Sequence record: MG641885.1 | From: Salmonella phage PMBT28 | DNA length: 32,000 bases | Strand: one strand, 5' to 3' | Shown here: one piece after another, positions 18,060 through 25,918 of the stretch | Layout: each line of letters begins with the position of its first letter | How positions within the stretch are numbered: position 1 is the stretch's first letter | Translations under genes and position numbers: made by a program | Notes under the pieces: model-generated | Databases searched by the model: none | Told to the model about the DNA's origin: nothing | The model's input: the letters and a program-made list of their open reading frames with translations, nothing else

Positions 18060-18640
18060 TGACTATGACACCACGCGACCTTATGCGTGCCCAATACGTG
18101 ACCCGCTGGCAGATAGTGCCGACTACACGCTCCCAGTCCGTGGCGCAACATTCATGGGCGGTGGCCATGTTGGCTATGAACCTGTGGTGTCGCCGGACTG
18201 GTGGCCAACCCGGAGAGGCGGCCACAGACGTTGAACTGGGTAAAATCGCGGTGATGGCCCTGTGGCACGATGCGCCCGAGGTCTTCACGGGCGACATCAA
18301 CACACCGACCAAGATATTCCTGAACGCGTCCAACGCCCTCGATGAGTTGGAGAACACGGCGGGTGATGGATATCTCGAATCGATGGATGGCGGCCCTATC
18401 CGCACGTGTGTTAAGATTGCCGACTTCCTCGAAGCCATGTATTGGCTGATGGAGCACGGGGATGGCCACTACGCCAACAACCAGCTGCACGGCCTAAACG
18501 AGCGTTTCCACCAATACCTCAACGAGCACGCCCCGCTGTGGCGCGATTCGGCTGTGGCCCTGTGGAAAGAGCTTAGTGACGTGAACGCAGAGACCACCAC
18601 CTTTCAACGTGTTAACTACTTAAAGGCTAACGATGCGTAA
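18056..18640 (+). CDS. datZ: DatZ-type HD-domain dATP triphosphohydrolase
   Basis: YVTRWQIVPTTRSQSVAQHSWAVAMLAMNLW, LGKIAVMALWHDAPEVFTGDINTPTK, CVKIADFLEAMYW: HD-hydrolase pattern of the YfbR/DatZ type; overlaps the mazZ-like gene by 4 nt. Confidence 0.85.
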   Translation: MMTMTPRDLMRAQYVTRWQIVPTTRSQSVAQHSWAVAMLAMNLWCRRTGGQPGEAATDVELGKIAVMALWHDAPEVFTGDINTPTKIFLNASNALDELENTAGDGYLESMDGGPIRTCVKIADFLEAMYWLMEHGDGHYANNQLHGLNERFHQYLNEHAPLWRDSAVALWKELSDVNAETTTFQRVNYLKANDA

Positions 18641-19058
18641 AGAAGAGCAGAAGATGTGGGACCGCCTTAAGCCGCAGATGCAAGCGCTTGGGGTGAAGTA
18701 CGACCGGGTCGAAAGCCCGGCCACCGCCCCCGACTTCCCGGACCTCGCCTATACGTGGGGCCGCCGTCACGGGTTCATCGAAATGAAAGCCACGGAGATA
18801 GACGACAAGGGCCGTCTGGACCTGCGCCACTTCACGCCGGGTCAACGCCGCTGGCTCCGCAACCGTAGCCCCGGTGGGGCGACATGGCTGCTCATTCGGG
18901 TATACGGACCCGAGGAGATGTGGCTCGTGCTGAAAGGTACGTTTGCGTTCTCCGTGGCCGACCGTCCCACCCTGCTCGACATCGAACCGTTTACCTACCT
19001 GACCCATAAAGGGGGAGTGACCGCAGAATGGCTCCGTCAATGGCTCTTGCAGGCATAG
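18633..19058 (+). CDS. VRR-NUC/PD-(D/E)XK-like nuclease
   Basis: APDFPDLAYTWGRRHGFIEMKAT...DLRHFTPGQRRWLRNRSPGGATWLLIRV; overlaps the datZ-like stop. Confidence 0.7.
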   Translation: MRKEEQKMWDRLKPQMQALGVKYDRVESPATAPDFPDLAYTWGRRHGFIEMKATEIDDKGRLDLRHFTPGQRRWLRNRSPGGATWLLIRVYGPEEMWLVLKGTFAFSVADRPTLLDIEPFTYLTHKGGVTAEWLRQWLLQA

Positions 19059-19357
19059 ACCTGTTCCCGGTGGAGGCCGGGAACTTCATTTCGGCGACCT
19101 CAACCATGGAGATGGCCACCCACGTGCCCGTGGCCGACTTCCTGACGTTCTGGAAGGGTATTCCTTTAGAGGTCGAGCGGGAACTCGGGACCATCAATAC
19201 CCAGTGGTCCGCTAAAGGCAGGATGTATCAACCCACGATAGACGGGCCGGGGACCACCCTAGCCCATGTGCTGCCCTTCCTGACCCCGGCGTGCCAAAGC
19301 CAGATACATACCCTGCTGGCCGTCCACTACTACGGGTTGTTTGGTGCTGCTCCTTAA
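19028..19357 (+). CDS. Hypothetical protein
   Basis: 109-aa ORF with an ATG at 19028 or 19040, overlapping the previous gene; coding-like composition in its 3' part. Confidence 0.5.
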   Translation: MAPSMALAGIDLFPVEAGNFISATSTMEMATHVPVADFLTFWKGIPLEVERELGTINTQWSAKGRMYQPTIDGPGTTLAHVLPFLTPACQSQIHTLLAVHYYGLFGAAP

Positions 19358-19361
19358 TATA

Positions 19362-19390
19362 TTGACAAAGGCTCCCAACCATGTTATAAT
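19362..19390 (+). promoter_or_regulatory. Consensus sigma70 promoter TTGACA-17-TATAAT with downstream GGGGG-CGAGA-CCCCC leader hairpin (19400-19414)
   Basis: Perfect -35 and -10 hexamers with a 17-bp spacer. Confidence 0.85.
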
Positions 19391-19445
19391 ATAGTTTCTG
19401 GGGGCGAGACCCCCGCCCCCAACAGAGCAACCCGGAGATATAGAG

Positions 19446-20363
19446 ATGAGCAAAGCAATCGTAGAAGGCAAACTGGTAGAAGTGACTTCCGTGAACGGCG
19501 GCTGGACCACCTACGTGGACCACAACGGCGCGACCCGCAAAATCCGCAACAGCAAGGTGAACTCTACCCCGGCTGACGTGGCGGCGCTGGAAGCACTGGC
19601 CGAAGCTGGCGACACCTCTGCGCAGGATAAGCTGATTGCAGCGTCTGACCGCAACCACCCAGTGATGGACCTCGACGCGACCTTCAAGTGCGACCGCTGC
19701 GACACTGAATTCCTGTCGCAAGAAGCACTGGACGAGCACATCGCCGAGCACGACAAGCCGAAACCACGCAGCTCGATGGTGATGCTGGTGGCTGGCGGCT
19801 CGAAGAGCGCCGAAGTGCTGGAACGTCGCGCAGCAGCGAAAGAGCAGAAGCGCATCGAAGAGAACACCAAGAAGCCACGCATCACCCGTGCCAACCTGCT
19901 GACCATCACGTGCTGCCCTGAGTGCGGCAGCAAGGAAATCTACTTCGGCCACGCTCCGGCTGGCATGGTCATCAACGAAGACACCGTCGCCGGGTGCCAC
20001 GACTGCGACTGGGAAGTGGACTTCACCGACAAGGAAGCGAAAGTAGTGCCGGACATGTCCCGCTACACCGTGGGCAAGGGAACCACCGTGACCGGGCGCA
20101 AGACCATCGACATCGATGACTACGTGGCCGACAAGCTGCGCGGCATGGACCTCGAAGACATCTATCGCTACGTCGCGGACGTGCTGGCCACACTGAACGT
20201 GGAGTACATCGGCACGGGCAGCAAGAAAATGCACTGTGGCCTCGGCGACCTGCAAGCTCGCTACAGCCACCTGAACGTGGGCATGCAACGCATGAACCTC
20301 GGCAACCTGCTCCGTGGCACCATGCGCCGCCTCGGAATGGAAACCCTCCCGGAGGTAGAATGA
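19446..20363 (+). CDS. Zinc-binding protein with C2H2 finger and zinc ribbon
   Basis: FKCDRCDTEFLSQEALDEHIAEH; CCPECGSKEI...AGCHDCDWE; strong promoter and RBS upstream. Confidence 0.8.
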   Translation: MSKAIVEGKLVEVTSVNGGWTTYVDHNGATRKIRNSKVNSTPADVAALEALAEAGDTSAQDKLIAASDRNHPVMDLDATFKCDRCDTEFLSQEALDEHIAEHDKPKPRSSMVMLVAGGSKSAEVLERRAAAKEQKRIEENTKKPRITRANLLTITCCPECGSKEIYFGHAPAGMVINEDTVAGCHDCDWEVDFTDKEAKVVPDMSRYTVGKGTTVTGRKTIDIDDYVADKLRGMDLEDIYRYVADVLATLNVEYIGTGSKKMHCGLGDLQARYSHLNVGMQRMNLGNLLRGTMRRLGMETLPEVE

Positions 20364-20686
20364 AAGTAAAAACGACCGAGAGCCAGTTCATGGAGCTGGC
20401 CTCCGCCCTGACCAACCAGATGGCAGACATACCCACTTTCGGTGGGTTGTCCTTTGAAATCGACCCGCGCATGCGTTCTGTGCGCTTCACCACCAGCAAC
20501 GGCACCGTGATGTACTACCCGGCCCGAAACCTGTGGCAGTTCAAGCAGCAGGTGTTCGAGTCCGACATGGCCGAGTTCATCAAGTGGATGGAGGCATTCA
20601 TCGGGGACGACCGCATACTGCAGACGCACCGCCGTCATGGGCCGACCAGACGACAGGCGGAAGCCAAGGTGCGGGGGTCCTTCTAA
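20360..20686 (+). CDS. Hypothetical protein
   Basis: 108-aa ORF with ATGA overlap to the preceding gene. Confidence 0.7.
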   Translation: MKVKTTESQFMELASALTNQMADIPTFGGLSFEIDPRMRSVRFTTSNGTVMYYPARNLWQFKQQVFESDMAEFIKWMEAFIGDDRILQTHRRHGPTRRQAEAKVRGSF

Positions 20687-20691
20687 ATATA

Positions 20692-20720
20692 TTGACAGGG
20701 CCCCCAACCTATGGTATAAT
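20692..20720 (+). promoter_or_regulatory. Consensus sigma70 promoter TTGACA-17-TATAAT
   Basis: Perfect hexamers, spacer gggcccccaacctatgg. Confidence 0.85.
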
Positions 20721-20767
20721 AAAATTTCTAGGGGCGAGGGGCCCTTAGGCAACCCGGAGATATAGAG

Positions 20768-21109
20768 ATGAACGCACTGAATATCAACACCACAGTAAAA
20801 ATGGGCTTCATGGGTCTGGCCACTGCCGAGCCGATGTACGAGCTGTTCGTGGCACGCTCAACCGACCTGCACGAAGTGATGACCGAAGACGGTATGGGCA
20901 CTGACGTCAACGCATGCGTGGGTCTGCGCCGTGTTGACGGGAAAGAGTGGCATCACGCCCGTCTGTTCACTGGTGGTTTTCAGTGCGTAGGCGATGACGA
21001 AGTCGGTTATCATGACATCTACGTCAGCGCGGCAGCACAAGCCGAGGACCTTATCGAGAAAATCAAAGCTCGTGGTACAATCGACCTCGGGCACTGGGAC
21101 GAAGTCTAA
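20768..21109 (+). CDS. Hypothetical protein
   Basis: 113-aa ORF after a strong promoter and GGAGATATAGAG RBS. Confidence 0.75.
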   Translation: MNALNINTTVKMGFMGLATAEPMYELFVARSTDLHEVMTEDGMGTDVNACVGLRRVDGKEWHHARLFTGGFQCVGDDEVGYHDIYVSAAAQAEDLIEKIKARGTIDLGHWDEV

Positions 21110-21117
21110 ACATTAAC

Positions 21118-21133
21118 GGGGCCTACGGGCCCC
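21118..21133 (+). terminator. Stem-loop GGGGCC-TACG-GGCCCC (UNCG tetraloop)
   Basis: Perfect 6-bp G/C stem closing a C(UACG)G loop; identical hairpin at 29743-29758. Confidence 0.5.
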
Positions 21134-21147
21134 AAAGGAGACCAGAG

Positions 21148-21267
21148 ATGAGCAAATACACCGTGCAGTACACGACCGAGAACCCAGCCTATGAAGCTGG
21201 CCGTGCGATGTGGCGTGCAGTAGGCGTCATCGTTCTGGTCTCCGTCATCGCGAGCATGTTCTTATGA
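21148..21267 (+). CDS. 39-aa single-pass membrane protein
   Basis: MSKYTVQYTTENPAYEAGRAMWRAVGVIVLVSVIASMFL; aaaggagaccagag RBS; ATGA overlap with the next gene; not in the ORF track. Confidence 0.6.
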   Translation: MSKYTVQYTTENPAYEAGRAMWRAVGVIVLVSVIASMFL

Positions 21268-21497
21268 TTATAAGCGTCGTATCAAAGGGGCCGGGCCGTT
21301 GGAACGTCTATCAATCCATCGGCCTGTCTGCTAACGTGGCAGCCGGGCGCATCGTCCGCACCCAGTCGTTGGGGGCAGCCAAGACCTATTTCTTTGACCT
21401 CAAAGAAAACCGTCACGAACTGGGTTCCCTGCCCAAGGCGTGGCCAAATCAAATCAAACGTATTCTGGAGAGCAACCATGTCCGAACCACGCAATAA
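21264..21497 (+). CDS. Hypothetical protein
   Basis: Starts at the ATGA overlap (MIISVVSKGPGRWNVYQSIGLS...); the track start at 21210 is upstream of this. Confidence 0.65.
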   Translation: MIISVVSKGPGRWNVYQSIGLSANVAAGRIVRTQSLGAAKTYFFDLKENRHELGSLPKAWPNQIKRILESNHVRTTQ

Positions 21498-22329
21498 ACG
21501 TCTTATCAGTGCCGACACCGTGTACGGCCTCCTGCAGTCCACTGGCGACCTGATGCGCGAGCGCTTCACCTCCAAGGGCCGCACCCTCGACTCGAACGAG
21601 TGGCGCACCTGCAACGTGTTCGAACTCGAACAGGGTTTCTGGAAAGCCATCAAAGACCGCGACTTCGGTTCTGTGCTGACCTATACTGCGATGCTGGCCG
21701 GGCGCGACGTGAACGTGGCCGACCTCATACACAACAGCATGGACGCCTACAGCGAGCAGGTGATGCGCCTACAGCGCGACCACGCCGAGCACGTGAAAAA
21801 GCTCAAAGAGGAGCACCGTGTGGCCATCGAGGAGGCCGGGCGCAAGATGGAGGCCATGCAGGACACTATCCGTCTGCAGGGTATCACCAACAGTCAGCAT
21901 GAGCAGACCATCAAGGACCTGCGTGCCAAGCTGGAAGACCGGGGCATCGACCCGAACGAGACCGCCTACAACGTGGGCTTCGGCATCAATCGCGGTGGCG
22001 CTATCCATACGTCCGGCATGGCCACACTGGAAAACACGCCAGAGCTGTGCTGGTCGGTCGAGAAGGTGGTGGATGACCTGACCGAGTGCACAGTCATTCA
22101 GGGCGACCCGGCAGCGGTGAAGGACTTAGTGTTGACCCTCGCCCGTCTGGAGCGAGAAGAGACCGCGTCCGTGGGTCAAATCTTCATCGATGCGTCCCTA
22201 ATCAACGGCGGCAAAATCACCGAACTGGTGAAGGAGGCGGCCAGCAAGGGCGCAGCCAAGGCATATGACGAGATGCAGAACATGCCGATGAAGGGCGGCG
22301 ATGCCAACGCAGCCAGTAAGGCGGTCTGA
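21478..22329 (+). CDS. Coiled-coil protein of unknown function
   Basis: ATG at 21478 (MSEPRNKRLISADTVYGLL...); long heptad-like region QVMRLQRDHAEHVKKLKEEHRVAIEEAGRKMEAMQDTIRLQ. Confidence 0.7.
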   Translation: MSEPRNKRLISADTVYGLLQSTGDLMRERFTSKGRTLDSNEWRTCNVFELEQGFWKAIKDRDFGSVLTYTAMLAGRDVNVADLIHNSMDAYSEQVMRLQRDHAEHVKKLKEEHRVAIEEAGRKMEAMQDTIRLQGITNSQHEQTIKDLRAKLEDRGIDPNETAYNVGFGINRGGAIHTSGMATLENTPELCWSVEKVVDDLTECTVIQGDPAAVKDLVLTLARLEREETASVGQIFIDASLINGGKITELVKEAASKGAAKAYDEMQNMPMKGGDANAASKAV

Positions 22330-22353
22330 TACCATTAATCTTTTGTAAAACGG

Positions 22354-22371
22354 CGGGGGCTAACACCCCCG
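22354..22371 (+). terminator. Stem-loop CGGGGG-CTAACA-CCCCCG
   Basis: Perfect 6-bp stem in the gap between genes, followed by ttct. Confidence 0.45.
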
Positions 22372-22402
22372 TTCTCGTAGACGACGACTAAAGGCGAGGT
22401 AT

Positions 22403-22834
22403 ATGAAACCGATTCGACATATCCAGCAGTGGGACCAGCGTTCGTGTGTGGCCGCTTGCCTCCTCATGATGACCGATTTGGAGGTCGTACAGGAGCTTAA
22501 AGAGGGTATCGACGGCCTGTATAAGCGCTCGGGCAACATTCACGCGTGCTGCAGCCTGATGAGCATCCCGGCCCGTACAGTTAACTGGCCAGCTGGCCAA
22601 TGGATTGCGGAGGGTGGCATATATCTGGTGTACGCGGTGAAGGAGACCGAGTTCCACGCCCTCATCGTGGACTGCCGGGGCAACGAGCCCGTGGTGTACG
22701 ACCCGGCCCGAGGCTGGGGTGACGGCGAGTTCGTGTGGGGCGACCCTGAACCGGGCACGGGGCAACGGTCCCTGCGCGGGTCGATGTACCTCCCGGCCAT
22801 CCGATTCACAGACAAAAACTGGTATACTCACTAG
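22403..22834 (+). CDS. Papain-fold (peptidase C39-like) cysteine peptidase domain protein
   Basis: IQQWDQRSCVAACLLMMTD has the Gln/Cys arrangement of C39-like peptidases; later EFHALIVD and VVYDPARG supply candidate His and Asp. Confidence 0.55.
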   Translation: MKPIRHIQQWDQRSCVAACLLMMTDLEVVQELKEGIDGLYKRSGNIHACCSLMSIPARTVNWPAGQWIAEGGIYLVYAVKETEFHALIVDCRGNEPVVYDPARGWGDGEFVWGDPEPGTGQRSLRGSMYLPAIRFTDKNWYTH

Positions 22835-22844
22835 GAGATAAGAG

Positions 22845-22967
22845 ATGCTATTCACTATGTTCGAGGTGTTTTACACGTGGGTGTGGGGATTCGTCCCCGG
22901 TGTGCTGGTCGGCATCGCGCTGGCTATCTTTGTGGCACGTGTCGAAAACGCGAAGCTGGGAGGCTAA
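22845..22967 (+). CDS. 40-aa single-pass membrane protein
   Basis: MLFTMFEVFYTWVWGFVPGVLVGIALAIFVARVENAKLGG; ctaggagataagag RBS; not in the ORF track. Confidence 0.6.
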   Translation: MLFTMFEVFYTWVWGFVPGVLVGIALAIFVARVENAKLGG

Positions 22968-22969
22968 CG

Positions 22970-23773
22970 ATGAACATCGAGCTTATGCGCAAGGGCAACG
23001 AGCCATCCTTCCCTAAGCTCCGGACAGAACAGATTAAGGCGGCCCTCCGGGGCCGTTTCTGTCAACCGGAGTGGGCCCTGTTCTTCGAGGTGGCTGACGG
23101 CACGGGCGCGTCACAACGCCGCTGGGCCGACGCGATGGCCATGAACATGTGGGGGTCACGTGGGTTGGCGCTCCACGGGTTCGAGATTAAGGTGTCACGG
23201 TCTGACTGGAAGCGCGAGCTTGCTAACCCGGCCAAGGCCGAGAGTATCGCTGGCCTGTGTGACTTCTGGACCATCGTGGCCCCCAAAAACATGATACCGC
23301 TGGATGAGCTGCCGCCCGGCTGGGGTCTGCTGGAGGTCGACTCCGAGCTCAGGATGGTACAACGTGTCGCTGGGCCGAAGAACGAGAGACCCGCCGAGTT
23401 CACCCGGTCATTCGTGGCTAGCCTCCTGCGCAGTGCGGCCAAGGTGGACGAGTCCATCATCCGTGGAGCCATCGACATCGCCCGGTCTGACTGGGAGAAG
23501 ACGGTGGAGGAGCGGATACGCCAGCGCACCGACTACCTGCGCAGTGATGGAGCCGAGGCCCTCAAGACCATCGAGGAGTTCAAGGCCCTGTCCGGCATCG
23601 ACCTAGGCTCATATAAGTGGGACGCCAAAAAGCTGCACCGGGCACTCGCCATCGCCGATTCGGGCATCATCGACCGCTGGGGTGGACTTGAGCGGATGGT
23701 GGAGCACCTCAACGAGGCGGCCAAACTGGCAGCGGCTCTTAAGACAGCGCTTGACTCCGACCCCCAACCGTAG
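22970..23773 (+). CDS. MmcB-like PD-(D/E)XK nuclease
   Basis: SQRRWADAMAMNMWGSRGLALHGFEIKVSRSDWKREL...CDFWTIVAPKNMIPLDELPPGWGLLEV; track start 22877 reads through the upstream small gene. Confidence 0.7.
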   Translation: MNIELMRKGNEPSFPKLRTEQIKAALRGRFCQPEWALFFEVADGTGASQRRWADAMAMNMWGSRGLALHGFEIKVSRSDWKRELANPAKAESIAGLCDFWTIVAPKNMIPLDELPPGWGLLEVDSELRMVQRVAGPKNERPAEFTRSFVASLLRSAAKVDESIIRGAIDIARSDWEKTVEERIRQRTDYLRSDGAEALKTIEEFKALSGIDLGSYKWDAKKLHRALAIADSGIIDRWGGLERMVEHLNEAAKLAAALKTALDSDPQP

Positions 23774-23779
23774 TATAAT
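23751..23779 (+). promoter_or_regulatory. Sigma70-like promoter TTGACT-17-TATAAT
   Basis: 17-bp spacer; -35 lies inside the 3' end of the preceding gene; upstream of the 23822 ORF. Confidence 0.65.
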
Positions 23780-23821
23780 AAGTATAGGCCCCACGCCGGG
23801 GCCGCTACCGGAGATATAGAG

Positions 23822-24133
23822 ATGAACATCAAAGAGATAACCTCCCAGCACGGGAACGACTTCACCGCCGTCATGGTGTGCGAGCACTGTGGCACCACGG
23901 GTGTGCTGAAAAACGGCTACCACGACGCGTTCTTCCACAATCACGTCATCCCGAACATCAACTGCCCGACCTGCGACCGCAACCACTACGGTGAGTCCAC
24001 CGAACATGGAGCGGCACGCCGCGCTCGCGAGCACGTCAGCCCGACCCACCTCGAAAACGTCATCCCGCCAGTCCGTGCAGAACGTGCCGAGCTTCGCCAC
24101 GACGAATCCGAAAACTGGGGGTCACGCTCATGA
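23822..24133 (+). CDS. Small zinc-ribbon protein
   Basis: VCEHCGTTGVLKNGYHDAFFHNHVIPNINCPTCDRN; GGAGATATAGAG RBS. Confidence 0.7.
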   Translation: MNIKEITSQHGNDFTAVMVCEHCGTTGVLKNGYHDAFFHNHVIPNINCPTCDRNHYGESTEHGAARRAREHVSPTHLENVIPPVRAERAELRHDESENWGSRS

Positions 24134-24531
24134 TTGGTGGAAAAGACAACAACCCAGTGCTGTACACCACGATGGACCCGACCAACCCGGTAGGCCTCCC
24201 CGGTGGCACTCCTGCCCTGACGACCCTCCTGTATAAGGTCTGCGACCAGAACAGCGAGAAGTTCGACGAGGCGTGTCGCCTGATTTGCCTGTTCCTCGAC
24301 CGTAAGGCCGAGCTGGACATGGAGCCTGTCAAGAAACTGGAGCGCCTGATGGGGTACGTGCAGAACGGGACGGACGGCATCATTAGCCTGTTCCAAGACG
24401 ACGCCACAATGAACTACGGCATCAGCCACCGCGCACCCGGCAAGACCACCAACGATTGGGTGATGTTCGGTACATCGCTAAATAAAGTCATCGACGTGGC
24501 GTACGAAAACCATAAGGACGACTGCGAATGA
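24130..24531 (+). CDS. Hypothetical protein
   Basis: 133-aa ORF with ATGA overlap. Confidence 0.7.
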   Translation: MIGGKDNNPVLYTTMDPTNPVGLPGGTPALTTLLYKVCDQNSEKFDEACRLICLFLDRKAELDMEPVKKLERLMGYVQNGTDGIISLFQDDATMNYGISHRAPGKTTNDWVMFGTSLNKVIDVAYENHKDDCE

Positions 24532-24971
24532 AAAAGCACAGCACATGGCAGAAGGACCGCAACCGGGTCCGCCGCCTAAACCGGGAAGTAAAGGCCATCA
24601 TTCGCCGGGACGACGCCCGAGCCGAGTGGTTCAACAACCGATTCGCCGCGATGCAGGAAAAGGCTCGCGGTCTGGGCTTCATGGACATCTGGTATATCGA
24701 CAGCCAATACCCAGCGTCCGACTGGCCGCCTCTGGACGACATGTTCATCGAAGTGACTGGCGACCCGTACTCGATATCTGCCACTGGCGGTGTGCCGTCC
24801 GGTCTCTACGTGGTGCGTGGCACGTCTTCGGTCTGGAATAAGGGCAAGTACGACATGCTCCTGCGGGTCACTGACGTGAATAAGGGAACCGAGGATTGCA
24901 TGTGGTTCCCGCGCTCGGGCCACCGTGTTGTATCCTGTGGCGAAGTGGGAGAAACACCATGGCTGGATTAA
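24528..24971 (+). CDS. Hypothetical protein
   Basis: 147-aa ORF with ATGA overlap. Confidence 0.7.
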   Translation: MKKHSTWQKDRNRVRRLNREVKAIIRRDDARAEWFNNRFAAMQEKARGLGFMDIWYIDSQYPASDWPPLDDMFIEVTGDPYSISATGGVPSGLYVVRGTSSVWNKGKYDMLLRVTDVNKGTEDCMWFPRSGHRVVSCGEVGETPWLD

Positions 24972-25423
24972 TGGTAGCCCTCGCCATCCTCAAGGTCATC
25001 GGGTACGGCCTGATACTCGGTGCGGTGCTGATAGTGTGCTTTGTGCTCCTGCAGCTGGTCGGGGCGAAGATGTCCGACCTATGGGATGCACTGGTCACAA
25101 AAGTGACGGTCGCCATCCTGAGTCTCATCCCACGTGACTGGGCGAAAGATAAGCGAAAGGAGGGGATTGTCTTCTGCTCCGAGGTCTGGTACGATTTGCC
25201 CGTGGCCGCCCAGTGGATAACGCTCGACCGCTGGGGCCTCATCCAGTGCTGGCAAGCTAAACCGGAATACTGCCCTGAGGACGGTGAATGGTACAGCCAC
25301 CAGCTTAACCAACCCTTTGACGTGGGCCATATGAGTGCCGAATGGACAGCCCCGTACGCATGGCTGCCAGAACCACCGATACAGGCCCTGCCGGAAGACA
25401 TCTATGAAACAGACGCCGTTTAA
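24959..25423 (+). CDS. Membrane-anchored hypothetical protein
   Basis: MAGLMVALAILKVIGYGLILGAVLIVCFVLLQLVG at the N-terminus; ATG 24959 preferred over the track start 24896. Confidence 0.6.
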   Translation: MAGLMVALAILKVIGYGLILGAVLIVCFVLLQLVGAKMSDLWDALVTKVTVAILSLIPRDWAKDKRKEGIVFCSEVWYDLPVAAQWITLDRWGLIQCWQAKPEYCPEDGEWYSHQLNQPFDVGHMSAEWTAPYAWLPEPPIQALPEDIYETDAV

Positions 25424-25718
25424 GCGTGCAGCCGCCCCCAAACCTAAGTTCGCCCGTGGGACACGGGCAGCTTTTCAATCCTGCCTCGACCCGAACATCA
25501 ACGGGACCGGGCTGGTGGTAGAGGCCAAGTATTTCCCTAAGGACGGACGCTTCCTCTATACCGTGGAGCGTGAGGTCGCCGGGTCAGTCCAGCGCTACAC
25601 GTTCTTCGAGGAGGAGATGGCCAAACCGAGTGACAAGAGCTTCAAGGACAGACGCCAAATCGCGCTCGACCTGTGCGAGCACCCGTACGATGACATGACA
25701 AGAGAGATAGAGATATGA
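25404..25718 (+). CDS. Hypothetical protein
   Basis: MKQTPFKRAAAPKPKFARGTR...; overlaps the previous gene. Confidence 0.6.
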   Translation: MKQTPFKRAAAPKPKFARGTRAAFQSCLDPNINGTGLVVEAKYFPKDGRFLYTVEREVAGSVQRYTFFEEEMAKPSDKSFKDRRQIALDLCEHPYDDMTREIEI

Positions 25719-25918
25719 AACCTGAATTCATCGCATACGGCCTGTATGCCTACTTTATAATCGGCTTCATGCTGTGGCTGTGGGCCATGGTCGATGACGC
25801 CGCCACCGGGAACCGCCACCGTGGTGGCTTTGTGGTAGCACTCGAAGCACTGATTGCTCTGGTGCTGGGCTGGCCGTTCCTTGTAGTCACCCTGTGCAAA
25901 CCTCGGGGGCGTAGATGA
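25715..25918 (+). CDS. Small membrane protein, two predicted hydrophobic segments
   Basis: YGLYAYFIIGFMLWLWAMV and FVVALEALIALVLGWPFLVVTL. Confidence 0.65.
   Translation: MKPEFIAYGLYAYFIIGFMLWLWAMVDDAATGNRHRGGFVVALEALIALVLGWPFLVVTLCKPRGRR

Noticed and set aside
17629-18234. 201-aa + strand ORF overlapping mazZ-like and datZ-like genes
   Set aside because: Ser/Pro-rich out-of-frame text while both other frames contain recognizable enzyme motifs.
19212-20288. Long minus-strand ORF (358 aa)
   Set aside because: Lies opposite the well-supported zinc-finger gene 19446-20363; mirrored stop depletion from high GC3. Text is low-complexity with no RBS or recognizable motif.
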